From an uncultured Candidatus Saccharibacteria bacterium (GTDB lineage: Bacteria > Patescibacteriota > Minisyncoccia > Phycocordibacterales > Zambryskibacteraceae), in NCBI GenBank assembly GCA_964642835.1, contig CAZXQA010000001.1:68219-132218 (forward strand): DNA of 64,000 nucleotides. The letters are read 5' to 3'. Below are positions 46,469 to 55,134 of the stretch, in pieces; positions within the stretch are counted from its first letter, which is position 1; each line of letters starts with the position of its first letter. A model generated the notes under the pieces. It was not told the origin of the DNA. It ran no database searches and was given only the letters and a program-made list of their open reading frames with translations. The position numbers were made by a program, and so were the translations under genes.

Positions 46469-47158
46469 ATGATTCAAGTTGGATTTGTTGCTTTCCTGAT
46501 CGCTGTCTTTCTTCTCGTCTTTATGTTTTTCGTGAAAAAGTACTCGAGACGGGAAATGCTCATCATTCCACACGAGGTGATCTCTACTGGGTTTCTTCGG
46601 GCCATGTGTGCCACTGCAGCATTATTTGTCGTAGGTGTGACCATCTACGAGTTCCCGCCATTCTCTCTTATGGAAGAGCCGACCCAGGTAGTAAAGAACA
46701 ATTCGCAGCTCGTCGCCTTTGAAGACGGCAGGGTTGTTCGTAAGACTTGGGGCCTCTGGACGATCCCGGGTACTGGGCGAGCGTGGGCACATATTGAAAT
46801 GTGTCACTCACTTGGCCAGACGAAAGGGGCGTGGCATGGCAATCTCGCGGATCCTCAAGAAGTGTATGTGTTCCGCGATATAAGCGGTGCGCTCTTCCAG
46901 CGTAAGAGTGAAGTCACGCTCTGCATCAATTCGCTCGAGACTTTCTTTGCTGATGAGAAACGACGGCGGAATAATTCTCCTGAGATAGAGGCGGCATGGC
47001 TTGAGGCCGACGCCCTAGCGGCTAAGGTCTTACTCGTGGATGCTCCAGGCTTGGAGGCGCGCTATCGAACGTATGAAGCCGCGCTGAATGCGGAAGTGGG
47101 TAAGCGCGGGTTCTCTTTAAGCTTCAGCAGTTTTCAGGAAATGGTTTCTGACTGGTAG
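46469..47158 (+). CDS. hypothetical membrane-anchored protein
   Basis: Two N-terminal TM helices then a ~150-aa soluble domain. No family recognised. Confidence 0.35.
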   Translation: MIQVGFVAFLIAVFLLVFMFFVKKYSRREMLIIPHEVISTGFLRAMCATAALFVVGVTIYEFPPFSLMEEPTQVVKNNSQLVAFEDGRVVRKTWGLWTIPGTGRAWAHIEMCHSLGQTKGAWHGNLADPQEVYVFRDISGALFQRKSEVTLCINSLETFFADEKRRRNNSPEIEAAWLEADALAAKVLLVDAPGLEARYRTYEAALNAEVGKRGFSLSFSSFQEMVSDW

Positions 47159-47165
47159 TAATACG

Positions 47166-47193
47166 CTCCGCTCGGGTCTTGGCCCGAGCGGAG
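47166..47193 (+). terminator. rho-independent terminator
   Basis: CTCCGCTCGGGtcttggCCCGAGCGGAG, an 11-bp stem followed by TCTTCTGTATTT. Confidence 0.55.
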
Positions 47194-47203
47194 TCTTCTG
47201 TAT

Positions 47204-47524
47204 TTAGAGAGGTAGTGTGTCGAGGTGCTGACGGTTTCGTTCTCCGTAGTCTATTTTAAAGTCGATGTGGGGGACGATCATGATGCGGGATTCGTCGCGG
47301 ACATAGCGTTTGAATTCATTCGTCTTGCGTTCGAGAAATTTAAGAGCGGTGTCCTCCTGGCTCTCGGGGAGGGTCGTAAAGAAGACCTTGGCTTCCTTGC
47401 CAGTCGGAGACATGGTGACGCGAGTGACGGTGAGGAGAGAAGCCGGAGAAGCTTCGTCACGGATAAATTGCGCCGCTAAGCGGTGGATCATTTCGCTAAT
47501 GATTTCGCGTTTCTTTTCCTGCAT
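47204..47524 (-). CDS. rbfA: ribosome-binding factor A
   Basis: RbfA-like 106-aa protein (...LLTVTRVTMSPTGKEAKVFF...). Start codon overlaps the infB stop (TAATG). Confidence 0.85.
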   Translation of the reverse strand: MQEKKREIISEMIHRLAAQFIRDEASPASLLTVTRVTMSPTGKEAKVFFTTLPESQEDTALKFLERKTNEFKRYVRDESRIMIVPHIDFKIDYGERNRQHLDTLPL

Positions 47525-49041
47525 TACTTGGTGACTTTAATAACCGCTTCGAGGATGTCGCTGGGGACGATCTCGAGCTTCGACTCAATGAGAGCGCCGA
47601 ACTCACTTCCTTCCAGCACTTCTTCAGCGGCGATCTTTGACTGTTGGAGCTCCTTTACTCGTCCGCGACCAATCTCTGCCTCACGGCGCATAATTTTGAC
47701 CATGGCGTTCAAGGTAACCTTGCCGGTGACGACGCGAGCACCGAGGACTTGTTTGCCGGAAGACTGGCTGAAGAGTTTCAAAACCTTGGCGGACCCGCAA
47801 ACTTCTTCCACCTCGATTCTTGGTTCGCGTTCGGCGAGGAGAGCGCTTACCTTGTCGGTCAGTTCATAAATAATCGTGAAGGGGAGAATAGTGACGCCCG
47901 TGCGCTCGGCGAGAGCGGCCGCCGCGGCGTCGATCTTCGCGTGGAAGCCAAAGATCACCGTGCCAGGAGTGGTGAGAGCGGCCTTCACGTCGTTTTCATT
48001 AATAGCTCCCACACTCATTGCCACTACTTTCGGCGTGATGCGTTCGCGAGAGAGTTTGGCGATCTCACTCTCAACAGCCTCGAGGCTTCCCGCAGTGTCG
48101 GCCTTGATGATGAGAGGAAGAATAGAGTCGGTAGTTGAGACTCTTGGACCGGCTGGTTTTTTGGCGGCTTCGGCTTGGTCGTCCACGTACGCGAGAGCTT
48201 CATCCTTTTTCAAAAATGTTTTGAACATGGCACCAATCGGAGGCAATTTGTCCCAACCGACGATTTGAACCGGGCTCGAGAAGGAGAGTTCCTCGAGCTG
48301 CTTGCCTTCTGCGTCCAGGAGAAAGCGGAGAGGCGTCATCGCGGTGCCCGAGGCGGCGAAGGTGCCCTTGCGAACGGTGCCGTCTTTAATAATGGCCACC
48401 GCTGTAATGCCGCGCTTTGGATCAAGGCGGCTCTCAATGATGACGCCTGTGCCGAGAGTATCGGTATCACCAGTAAGTTCCAAAATGTCTGCTTGAAGCG
48501 CGATCATTTCCAACAGATCGTTCACTCCCTGGCCAGTTTTGGCGGAAAGGGGGACGCAGGAAACGTCGCCGCCGTAACCCTCGACGTAGATGCCGCTCTC
48601 GGCAAGATTCTGCTTCACGCGTTCAATGTCCGCGGTCGGCTTGTCCATCTTGGTGACAGCCACAATGAAGGGGAGCTTGGCTTCGGAGATGTATTTATAG
48701 ACCTCTACCGTCTGCGGCTTCACGCCGTCTTCGCCAGAGACAATAAGGACGGCGATGTCAGCGGCCGAGGCGCCGCGAGTGCGCACGTTCTGGAAGGCTT
48801 CATGTCCTGGCGTGTCGAGGAAGGTGATGCGCATGTCGCGGCCATCTTCACGAGTGTGAGTCACTTCGTAGGCGCTAATGTGTTGGGTGATACCGCCGGC
48901 TTCCGTCGCGACGACGTTACTTTTCCTGATGTAATCAAGAAGCGTCGACTTGCCGTGGTCGATGTGTCCAAGAATACCTACAACTGGAGGGCGGATTGAC
49001 ATACGTGTTGCTACCTTATCATATTTGGCTAAGATATGCAT
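47524..49041 (-). CDS. infB: translation initiation factor IF-2 (short form, G domain onward)
   Basis: G1 VVGILGHIDHGKSTLLD, DTPGHEAF, and the C-terminal IF2 beta-barrel domains. The long N-terminal extension seen in other bacteria is absent. Confidence 0.9.
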   Translation of the reverse strand: MHILAKYDKVATRMSIRPPVVGILGHIDHGKSTLLDYIRKSNVVATEAGGITQHISAYEVTHTREDGRDMRITFLDTPGHEAFQNVRTRGASAADIAVLIVSGEDGVKPQTVEVYKYISEAKLPFIVAVTKMDKPTADIERVKQNLAESGIYVEGYGGDVSCVPLSAKTGQGVNDLLEMIALQADILELTGDTDTLGTGVIIESRLDPKRGITAVAIIKDGTVRKGTFAASGTAMTPLRFLLDAEGKQLEELSFSSPVQIVGWDKLPPIGAMFKTFLKKDEALAYVDDQAEAAKKPAGPRVSTTDSILPLIIKADTAGSLEAVESEIAKLSRERITPKVVAMSVGAINENDVKAALTTPGTVIFGFHAKIDAAAAALAERTGVTILPFTIIYELTDKVSALLAEREPRIEVEEVCGSAKVLKLFSQSSGKQVLGARVVTGKVTLNAMVKIMRREAEIGRGRVKELQQSKIAAEEVLEGSEFGALIESKLEIVPSDILEAVIKVTK

Positions 49042-50052
49042 ATGGATTTCCTCCGAAAATATTTTTCCCCGAAGCGGATCTATCTCGACTATGCCGCGGC
49101 GACGCCGGTGTTGCCGGAAGTGCTCGCCGAGATGCGGAAGTACGAGAGGGAAGCATTTTATAATCCGAACGCGATTTATGAAGAAGGACTTGCCGTGAAG
49201 CGCGCCGTCGACGAGTATCGCACGAGAATCGCGCGCATCCTTGGTGTCGCCAAAGAAAACATTATCTTCACGAGCGGCGGGACGGAGGCGAACACGATCG
49301 CGGTTCGAGGGGCGACGGCTGGCGGTGGTCGCGTGGCATTAGGTGAGGGGACGCACCCCTCGGTTCATGACGCAATCCGTCCGAGTGATAAGGAAGAGAT
49401 CGTCCTAGTTTCAAGTGTAGTCGCCGACAACAAGCTAGGGAGAAAAATTCGTGAAGAGCGTAAAAAGAACCTGCCTGCCGGCAGGCAGGGTAATTCTATA
49501 TATCCACTTCTCCACGTCGATGCTTCGCAGACGGCGCAGTACGTCGCTGTTGGATTAGAAACCCTCGCGTGTGACCTCCTCACTCTTGATGCGGCAAAAA
49601 TATATGGACCGAAAGGCATCGGCGCTCTGGTCGTGCGAAGCGGGGTCAATCTCGACATCCCGCCGCGTGGCACGCCGCCCGTCGCTCTCATTGCTGGCCT
49701 TGCCAAAGCGTTCGAAATAGTTTCTCGTGATCGGGAGAAAGAGCGCGCTCGGGTCGAGGCTCTCGCGCAAGAATTCGCTCGCGAGGTGACTCGTCTCCTG
49801 CCCCAGGCCATTGTTTCCCACTTGGGAGTAAATATTGTCACTGTTTCCGTGCCAGGTATCTTGCCTGAGCTTCTTGTGCTCGCTCTTGAGCGCGGAGGGG
49901 TCCTCGCTTCAGCAGGGCCAGCGTGCGAGGCTCAGAAGCCGGAACCCGCGGAGACCCCGGTCCGCTTTTCCCTAGGACGAACGACAACGCGAAAAGAGCT
50001 CTGCAAGGCCGCGGAAGTCCTTTGTGATGTGGTCCAAAATATGATAAAATAG
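49036..50052 (+). CDS. class V aminotransferase (cysteine desulfurase family, IscS/NifS-like)
   Basis: ...[15 protein letters not shown]..., [13 protein letters not shown], and [14 protein letters not shown] (PLP-lysine region). Contains the in-frame 20-bp palindrome insertion at 49470-49489. Confidence 0.7.
   Translation: MHMDFLRKYFSPKRIYLDYAAATPVLPEVLAEMRKYEREAFYNPNAIYEEGLAVKRAVDEYRTRIARILGVAKENIIFTSGGTEANTIAVRGATAGGGRVALGEGTHPSVHDAIRPSDKEEIVLVSSVVADNKLGRKIREERKKNLPAGRQGNSIYPLLHVDASQTAQYVAVGLETLACDLLTLDAAKIYGPKGIGALVVRSGVNLDIPPRGTPPVALIAGLAKAFEIVSRDREKERARVEALAQEFAREVTRLLPQAIVSHLGVNIVTVSVPGILPELLVLALERGGVLASAGPACEAQKPEPAETPVRFSLGRTTTRKELCKAAEVLCDVVQNMIK
49470..49489. repeat. 20-bp perfect palindrome CCTGCCTGCCGGCAGGCAGG (copy 1, in frame inside the aminotransferase gene)
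   Basis: Exact palindrome, encodes LPAGRQ within ...[12 protein letters not shown]... Confidence 0.9.
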
Positions 50053-50056
50053 GCTG

Positions 50057-52729
50057 ATGCAGCCGTTTAATCACTTCACCACCAAGGCTAAGGAGGTTAT
50101 CCGCAAAGCTCACGAACTCGCGATCGAACGCGGGCAGAACCATGTGAACCCCGTCCACCTCCTCGCCGCCCTCATCCTCCAAGAGGAGTCGATGGTTCTT
50201 TCCGTGCTTGAGAAGATGGAAGTGGACACTATTCTTCTCACGGATTCCGTCCTCGACCTTATCGAAACTCCCGAGACGAGCCAGACCCTCTCGCCTTCGT
50301 ACCAGATTTACCTCACCCCCGAGCTCGCTCATACGATTGAGAGCTCGAGCAAGGTCGCGCAGTCGATGGGAGACGAATTTGTATCGACCGAGCATCTCTT
50401 CCTCGCCGTCATCGACACGCCGGGAGACGCTCAGGACCTTTTGAAGAAGTTCCGTATCGGCCGCGATCGCGTCGTTCAGGTTATTGAGGAGTTGAAGAAG
50501 GCGACAACAGAAGCTCCGAAGGAGCCAAAGAAGTATAAGTCGCTTCTCAAATACACGCGCTCTCTTACGACCCTGGCCAAAAATAATAAACTCGATCCCG
50601 TCATCGGCCGCGACGAGGAGATCTCGCGCATCATTCAGATTCTCTCGCGCCGCACGAAGAACAACCCAATACTCATCGGTGAAGCTGGTGTGGGGAAGAC
50701 CGCCATCGCCGAAGGGTTAGCTATCCGCATCGCTTCAGGCAACGTGCCGGAATCTTTGCGCGACAAGGATCTGGTCTCTCTTGACCTCGGGCTTCTTATC
50801 GCAGGGACGAAGTATCGCGGCGAGTTCGAAGAGCGTTTGAAGAGCATCATTAAGGAGATCGAGAAGTCGGAAGGCAAGATCATTCTCTTTATCGACGAGA
50901 TCCACACTATCGTCGGAGCTGGTGCGGCCGAAGGCTCCATGGATGCCTCGAACATGTTGAAGCCGCCGCTCGCTCGGGGCGAAGTGCGCGCCATTGGTGC
51001 CACGACGCTCCGCGAATATCAGAAGCATATTGAGAAGGATCCGGCGCTCACTCGCCGCTTCCAGCCTGTCTACGTGCAGGAGCCTTCGGTCGAAGACGCT
51101 ATGACGATCATGCGTGGTTTGAAGGAGCGTTACGAGCTCTACCACGGCGTGCATATTACCGACGAGGCTATCCAGGCCGCCGTCTCACTCTCGGCCCGCT
51201 ATATTACGGACCGCTTCCTCCCGGACAAAGCCGTGGATCTCATCGACGAAGCGGCTTCCTATTTGAAAATTTCTTTGGAAAACATGCCGCCTGTGTTGCA
51301 AGAGGCGCAGTCGAAGATCATGAAGCTTGAGATTGAGAAGGAGGCTCTCCGCAAGGAAGAGAAGTCGCCGAAGGTGAAGACGCGCTTGAAGGAGATCGAC
51401 CAAGCCGTCGCCGATTTGCGCGAACGCACTGCCGAAATCGAACTCAAATGGAAGAATGAGAAAGAAACAGTTTCCGAAATCAAGGCGTTGAAGAAGTCTC
51501 TCGAAACCTTGCGCCTCGAAGCGGAGGCGGCGGAAGCGCGCGCGGACCTTTCTCGCGCGGCCGAACTTCGCTACGGTCGCATCCCAGCAGTAGAGCGTGA
51601 CTTGGAGACCAAGGCCAAGAAGTTAAAGAAGCTTCAGAGTTCGCGCCGCATCCTTAAGGAAGAAATCACGGGCCAGGATATTGCTGGCATCGTCTCGAAG
51701 TGGACGGGTATTCCGGTCACGCGCATGCTCGAAGAAGAAGCCGAGAAGCTCTCTCGCATGGAGGAGCATCTTATGGAGCGCATTGTTGGCCAGAATGAGG
51801 CAGTGAAAAAGATTGCCGAGACGGTCAAGCGCAGCCGCGCGGGTATTGGCGACCCCAACCGTCCGATTGGTTCCTTCATTTTCCTCGGTCCTACCGGTGT
51901 TGGTAAGACTGAGCTCACGAAGGCTCTGGCTGAGTTCATGTTCGACGACGAGAAGGCGCTTATCCGCGTCGATATGTCGGAGCTCATGGAGAAGCATGCC
52001 ATTTCCAAACTCATTGGCGCGCCTCCGGGCTATGTCGGATTCGAAGAGGGTTCGAGCTTCGCCGAATCCGTGCGCCATCGTCCGTACTCGGTGGTGCTCT
52101 TTGACGAGATCGAGAAGGCGCACCCCGAGGTCTTTAACGTCCTCCTCCAGATTCTCGACAACGGTCGCCTGACTGACGCGAAGGGTCGCACCATCAATTT
52201 CAAAAACACGGTCATCATCATGACGAGTAACATTGGCGCGAACTATATCGACAAGATGCAGTCGATCGGCTTCAGTAAGGGCGAGCAGGATGCGTATGGC
52301 CAGGTGAAGGAGAAGGTCCTCGAGGCTCTCAAGGATCACTTCCGCCCTGAGTTCCTGAACCGTCTCGATGACGTTATCGTCTTCGACGTCCTTTCGCGCG
52401 AAGCAATCAAGGAGATTGTCGGTATCCAGGTCGAAGTGGTGAAGAAGCGCCTCGCTGAGAAGGAGATCGAACTCAATGTTTCTGAGGCAGTCCTCGAGCT
52501 CCTCGCCAAGGAAGGTTACAACCCGCAGTATGGTGCCCGCCCGCTCAAGCGTCTCATTCAGGAGAAGATCCTGAACCCAGTCGCCAATATGATGATTACG
52601 AACAAGGTACTCTCCGGGGGCTCAATCTCTGTCGACCTTAAGGACGGTCAGTTTGTACTCAATGCCGCGAAGGGGAAGAAGGCTCCACGTGTGACAAGCA
52701 TGTCAAAGAAGGAAGCGTTGGTGAAGTAA
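50057..52729 (+). CDS. clpB: ATP-dependent chaperone ClpB
   Basis: Clp N-domain, two AAA+ modules ([15 protein letters not shown]; [17 protein letters not shown]), middle coiled coil, 890 aa. Confidence 0.95.
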   Translation: MQPFNHFTTKAKEVIRKAHELAIERGQNHVNPVHLLAALILQEESMVLSVLEKMEVDTILLTDSVLDLIETPETSQTLSPSYQIYLTPELAHTIESSSKVAQSMGDEFVSTEHLFLAVIDTPGDAQDLLKKFRIGRDRVVQVIEELKKATTEAPKEPKKYKSLLKYTRSLTTLAKNNKLDPVIGRDEEISRIIQILSRRTKNNPILIGEAGVGKTAIAEGLAIRIASGNVPESLRDKDLVSLDLGLLIAGTKYRGEFEERLKSIIKEIEKSEGKIILFIDEIHTIVGAGAAEGSMDASNMLKPPLARGEVRAIGATTLREYQKHIEKDPALTRRFQPVYVQEPSVEDAMTIMRGLKERYELYHGVHITDEAIQAAVSLSARYITDRFLPDKAVDLIDEAASYLKISLENMPPVLQEAQSKIMKLEIEKEALRKEEKSPKVKTRLKEIDQAVADLRERTAEIELKWKNEKETVSEIKALKKSLETLRLEAEAAEARADLSRAAELRYGRIPAVERDLETKAKKLKKLQSSRRILKEEITGQDIAGIVSKWTGIPVTRMLEEEAEKLSRMEEHLMERIVGQNEAVKKIAETVKRSRAGIGDPNRPIGSFIFLGPTGVGKTELTKALAEFMFDDEKALIRVDMSELMEKHAISKLIGAPPGYVGFEEGSSFAESVRHRPYSVVLFDEIEKAHPEVFNVLLQILDNGRLTDAKGRTINFKNTVIIMTSNIGANYIDKMQSIGFSKGEQDAYGQVKEKVLEALKDHFRPEFLNRLDDVIVFDVLSREAIKEIVGIQVEVVKKRLAEKEIELNVSEAVLELLAKEGYNPQYGARPLKRLIQEKILNPVANMMITNKVLSGGSISVDLKDGQFVLNAAKGKKAPRVTSMSKKEALVK

Positions 52730-52775
52730 TTCTAAATAAAAAAAGATCGCCAGGCTGGGGAGCCGGCGATCGGGT

Positions 52776-52948
52776 TGGTACGGGGTGGGTGCCTAGCTTC
52801 AAGAGAAGCTGAAGATTTTTAATCGACTACGCTGGGAACGATGTTCCCGGCTTCCAGGTTTAACGCCGGAAGAAGGAATGATCCCCAGGTATTCCCTAGG
52901 TTCCCCAACTAGCTCAAGATTCTAAGCTGAATCTCCATCACCCCGTAC
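52776..52948. ncRNA. candidate structured RNA element (class unknown)
   Basis: An 11-bp perfect long-range pairing GGTACGGGGTG (52776-86) with CACCCCGTACC (52938-48) encloses several local hairpins (GCTTCaagaGAAGC, GGGAACgatGTTCCC, CTTCC...GGAAG, GGAATgatccccaggtATTCC) in a 300-nt non-coding gap. Confidence 0.25.
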
Positions 52949-53034
52949 CGCTACTCACTCTACTCCTCAGGTTATTTTATGCAAGGAAGGGTGGAAAAGG
53001 GCCGGGAAAGCTGATACATTATTGAAGTTCCAGC

Positions 53035-53118
53035 GCGTCGGTGGCGGAGTGGTCAATCGCACTAGACTGTAAATCTGGCGGCCTATGGCCTACGAAGGTT
53101 CGAATCCTTCCCGGCGCA
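53035..53118 (+). tRNA. tRNA-Tyr(GTA)
   Basis: Acceptor GCGTCGG/CCGGCGC (one G-U), D-arm GCGG-AGTGGTCAA-TCGC, anticodon loop CTGTAAA, long variable arm, T-loop TTCGAAT. The 3' end CCGGCGCACA recurs as the repeat core in the downstream island. Confidence 0.75.
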
Positions 53119-53120
53119 CA

Positions 53121-53160
53121 CATACATAAAAACAGGTCTCCGGGCCTGTTTTTATGTATG
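53121..53160 (+). terminator. perfect 16-bp inverted repeat hairpin immediately after tRNA-Tyr
   Basis: CATACATAAAAACAGGtctccgggCCTGTTTTTATGTATG; the 3' arm is U-rich. Confidence 0.45.
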
Positions 53161-53170
53161 CAGGTTGCAT

Positions 53171-53187
53171 GCCGGGAAGGATTCGAA
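53171..53187 (-). repeat. inverted 17-nt copy of the tRNA-Tyr T-arm and 3' acceptor segment
   Basis: GCCGGGAAGGATTCGAA is the reverse complement of TTCGAATCCTTCCCGGC (53099-53115). Confidence 0.6.
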
Positions 53188-53209
53188 AGGCGCAGTTCGC
53201 GCAGGCGAA

Positions 53210-53364
53210 CGAGCCGGGGTCGCGCGAAAATTCAGCAGAATTTTATGCGTGACCGAAAGTGTACTCACGCCCCTGCCCGGCGCACAATGTTTGAAAATCA
53301 CTATTTTTAGAAGCCTTTGCGAGTATATCGTAAGGGCTTTTAAACTTAATTTGAGCCACATTTC
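53210..53364. repeat. direct repeat copy 1 (155 bp, identical to 56234..56388)
   Basis: Exact 155-bp match, contains CCCCTGCCCGGCGCACAATG (tRNA-Tyr 3'-end core). Imperfect similarity continues for ~30 more bp. Confidence 0.9.
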
Positions 53365-53959
53365 GTTCTTTGATGGAAAGGTTCCAAAGTAGATTTTCCA
53401 GGATTTCTTTCTTTCCGTTCTCGTCTTTCTCTAAAAACTCTTTTCTGGCTCTACTGCCTCGTAAAAATACTTCTTTAGTCGATTCCAAAGTAGCAGACGG
53501 CTCACGCTGTTTTAGCTCCTGAATCTGCTTGTTAAGGGAAACTCTCTGGTTCTGGATTTCTAGAACCTTCTGGTCATAGAGTTCTTTGGTAATCTGGCTA
53601 TCAAGGAAAGTATCAAGAAGCCTCTGCTCTCTCGTCTTAAGACCTCCCAGGGCGGTTTCCAGTTCTTTTATGGCCTTATCAAAGTAGCCGTTATCAGCCT
53701 GAAGCCTTTCCTTGGCGGCTTGGTACATAAGCTCGATCTTTCTCTCGGTAAAGTCTAGGTTTAGGAATAAATCGGCTACTTTAGGATAAAGGTAAGTTTC
53801 TCGAAGATAAGTCTTGTGTTCTTCACACTTCTGTTTGCCGTTAGTGCAGTAGTAATAATGGTGGCCTTTTTTAAGTGAAGCTGTTAATGAGCAACCGCAA
53901 GTCTCACATTTAAGGAACCCTCTTAATGAAAGAGATATTAGGAAGCGCTTTAATACCGC
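53243..53959 (-). pseudogene. large serine recombinase, N-terminally truncated remnant (zinc-ribbon, coiled-coil and C-terminal parts only)
   Basis: The stop-to-stop frame gives ...RGFLKCETCGCSLTASLKKGHHYYYCTNGKQKCEE... (recombinase zinc beta-ribbon), then a coiled coil (KAIKELETALGGLKTREQRLLDTFLD...). It is bounded upstream by TAA at 53960-62, all three upstream frames are closed, and the catalytic resolvase domain is absent. Confidence 0.6.
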
Positions 53960-54054
53960 TTATTTCTGTGAATGTAGGAGCTGACTTTAAAGACGAAATC
54001 GAACTCATTAAAAATGGCTTAGTTAGGGCTTAATTTCATAGCCCGACTAATCTA

Positions 54055-54083
54055 TTGACTTTTAGCATATAGTATGCTATTAT
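54055..54083 (+). promoter_or_regulatory. near-consensus sigma70 promoter TTGACT-17-TATTAT
   Basis: TTGACTtttagcatatagtatgcTATTAT, about 50 nt upstream of the 54133 ATG, with GGAGG RBS at 54122. Confidence 0.45.
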
Positions 54084-54132
54084 TGTATTGTTAACCTAGT
54101 TTCTCAGCTCTTTCACTACATGGAGGTCAGCG

Positions 54133-54594
54133 ATGACTTACGCACAGACGGATCGCAAGGCACCGGCCATCATGGCCGCCCTCGCAGTCGCACAGGTGTT
54201 TCGCAAGCAGGGGGAAGTCAAGGCGCGTCCGGCAACGGACGGCGAACAGATCGAGACGATTCTCGGAAGCGGCGTCAAGGAGACGACGAACTCCGCGAAG
54301 CTCGGCGACTGGATCATGACGAACCCGTCCGGCGAGCAGCACATCATCTCGGAGCAGAAGTTCTTCAGCCGCTACGAAGCGACGGAGGCCGAAGGCGTCT
54401 ATCGCGCCAAGGGCTTCTGCCGGGCGATCAAGAACCCGTTCAGCGAGCCGATCGAGATCATGGCGTCCTGGGGATCGCCGCAGACGGGCGACGAGAACTG
54501 CATGATCGCCGACACCTGCGACGAGAACGGTGAGAACATGGGCGGCGAGCCCTACCTCATCGACGGCGCCGCGTTCGCCGAGACCTACAAGTAG
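54133..54594 (+). CDS. hypothetical protein encoded by a strongly GC-rich foreign segment
   Basis: 153-aa ORF. GC content and G/C-ending codon usage are far above the surroundings. Preceded by a promoter and RBS, followed by a terminator. No family recognised. Confidence 0.45.
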   Translation: MTYAQTDRKAPAIMAALAVAQVFRKQGEVKARPATDGEQIETILGSGVKETTNSAKLGDWIMTNPSGEQHIISEQKFFSRYEATEAEGVYRAKGFCRAIKNPFSEPIEIMASWGSPQTGDENCMIADTCDENGENMGGEPYLIDGAAFAETYK

Positions 54595-54621
54595 ACAGTA
54601 CAACCGCTTACTGAGAAGACT

Positions 54622-54662
54622 GCCCACCGGGCAACACTTCTCGGTGGGCGGTTTTCTTTTTT
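54622..54662 (+). terminator. rho-independent terminator
   Basis: GCCCACCGggcaacacttctCGGTGGGC followed by GGTTTTCTTTTTT. Confidence 0.5.
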
Positions 54663-55134
54663 AATTCTCCCTTCGTGTTTTCTTAGCCTCGTTTTCTAGT
54701 CGAGAAATCCATTTTGTGTTTTCGGTTGAAACGAGTGCTTCCACTACACCCACAAGGATTCTTTTAGCCTCTTCATCATTTTTCCCTTCATACTGGCCAG
54801 TTCGGCCAAGGTAAGTATATTTTTCATGTCTCAATGCTTCGCAAGTAGCTCTGTATGCAATCCAATTTTGAGACCATTGATTTACATGTTGAAGCCCTTC
54901 GATAACAACTACAACAACACCTAAAAAACCAGTTATCTTGGGGAAGCTAGTTGCAATAAAGGGAATTAAAGCGGCACAAGTTATTTCTGCCAGCTTAGAT
55001 CGTTTATACCACCATTGTGCACTACCAGATTTTTTGTCGTACCAAGCTATCTGTTGCTCAAGCCTTGGGTATTTCGAATCTGGCTCTTGGTCAACATTTC
55101 CAGGGGTGATGGTTTTGCTGAAAATGTTTAACAT
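54661..55134 (-). CDS. SLATT-clan / DUF4231-like two-TM membrane protein (putative effector)
   Basis: 157 aa. EQQIAWYDKKSGSAQWWYKRSKL, then two TM helices (LAEITCAALIPFIATSF; ITGFLGVVVVVIEGL), then WSQNWIAYRATCEALRHEKYTYLGRTGQYEG. Fits the DUF4231 pattern (W..Y.kk...y.r...TM-TM...W..yR...E.L..E...Y..G...Y). AT-rich relative to the host. Start overlaps the stop of the upstream TIR gene (ATGTTAA). Confidence 0.55.
   Translation of the reverse strand: MLNIFSKTITPGNVDQEPDSKYPRLEQQIAWYDKKSGSAQWWYKRSKLAEITCAALIPFIATSFPKITGFLGVVVVVIEGLQHVNQWSQNWIAYRATCEALRHEKYTYLGRTGQYEGKNDEEAKRILVGVVEALVSTENTKWISRLENEAKKTRREN

Noticed and set aside
49470-49489. Palindrome as a sequencing or assembly artefact, or a restriction-linker remnant
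   Set aside because: Three identical copies at distant loci, each perfectly in frame or intergenic with intact flanking genes, argue for a biological repeat. It cannot be fully excluded without reads.
52776-52948. Assigning the candidate RNA to SRP RNA, RNase P RNA or tmRNA
   Set aside because: The conserved SRP domain IV motif is only loosely approximated. No RNase P P4 strands in correct order. No tRNA-like T-loop for tmRNA. Left as unclassified.
53041-53361. Track ORFs 53041..53310 (+) and 53152..53361 (-) / 56119..56391 (-) as genes
   Set aside because: The first overlaps tRNA-Tyr and the hairpin. The other two are identical only because they lie in the 155-bp repeat. No RBS. Best explained as non-coding att/repeat sequence (apart from the recombinase 3' frame).
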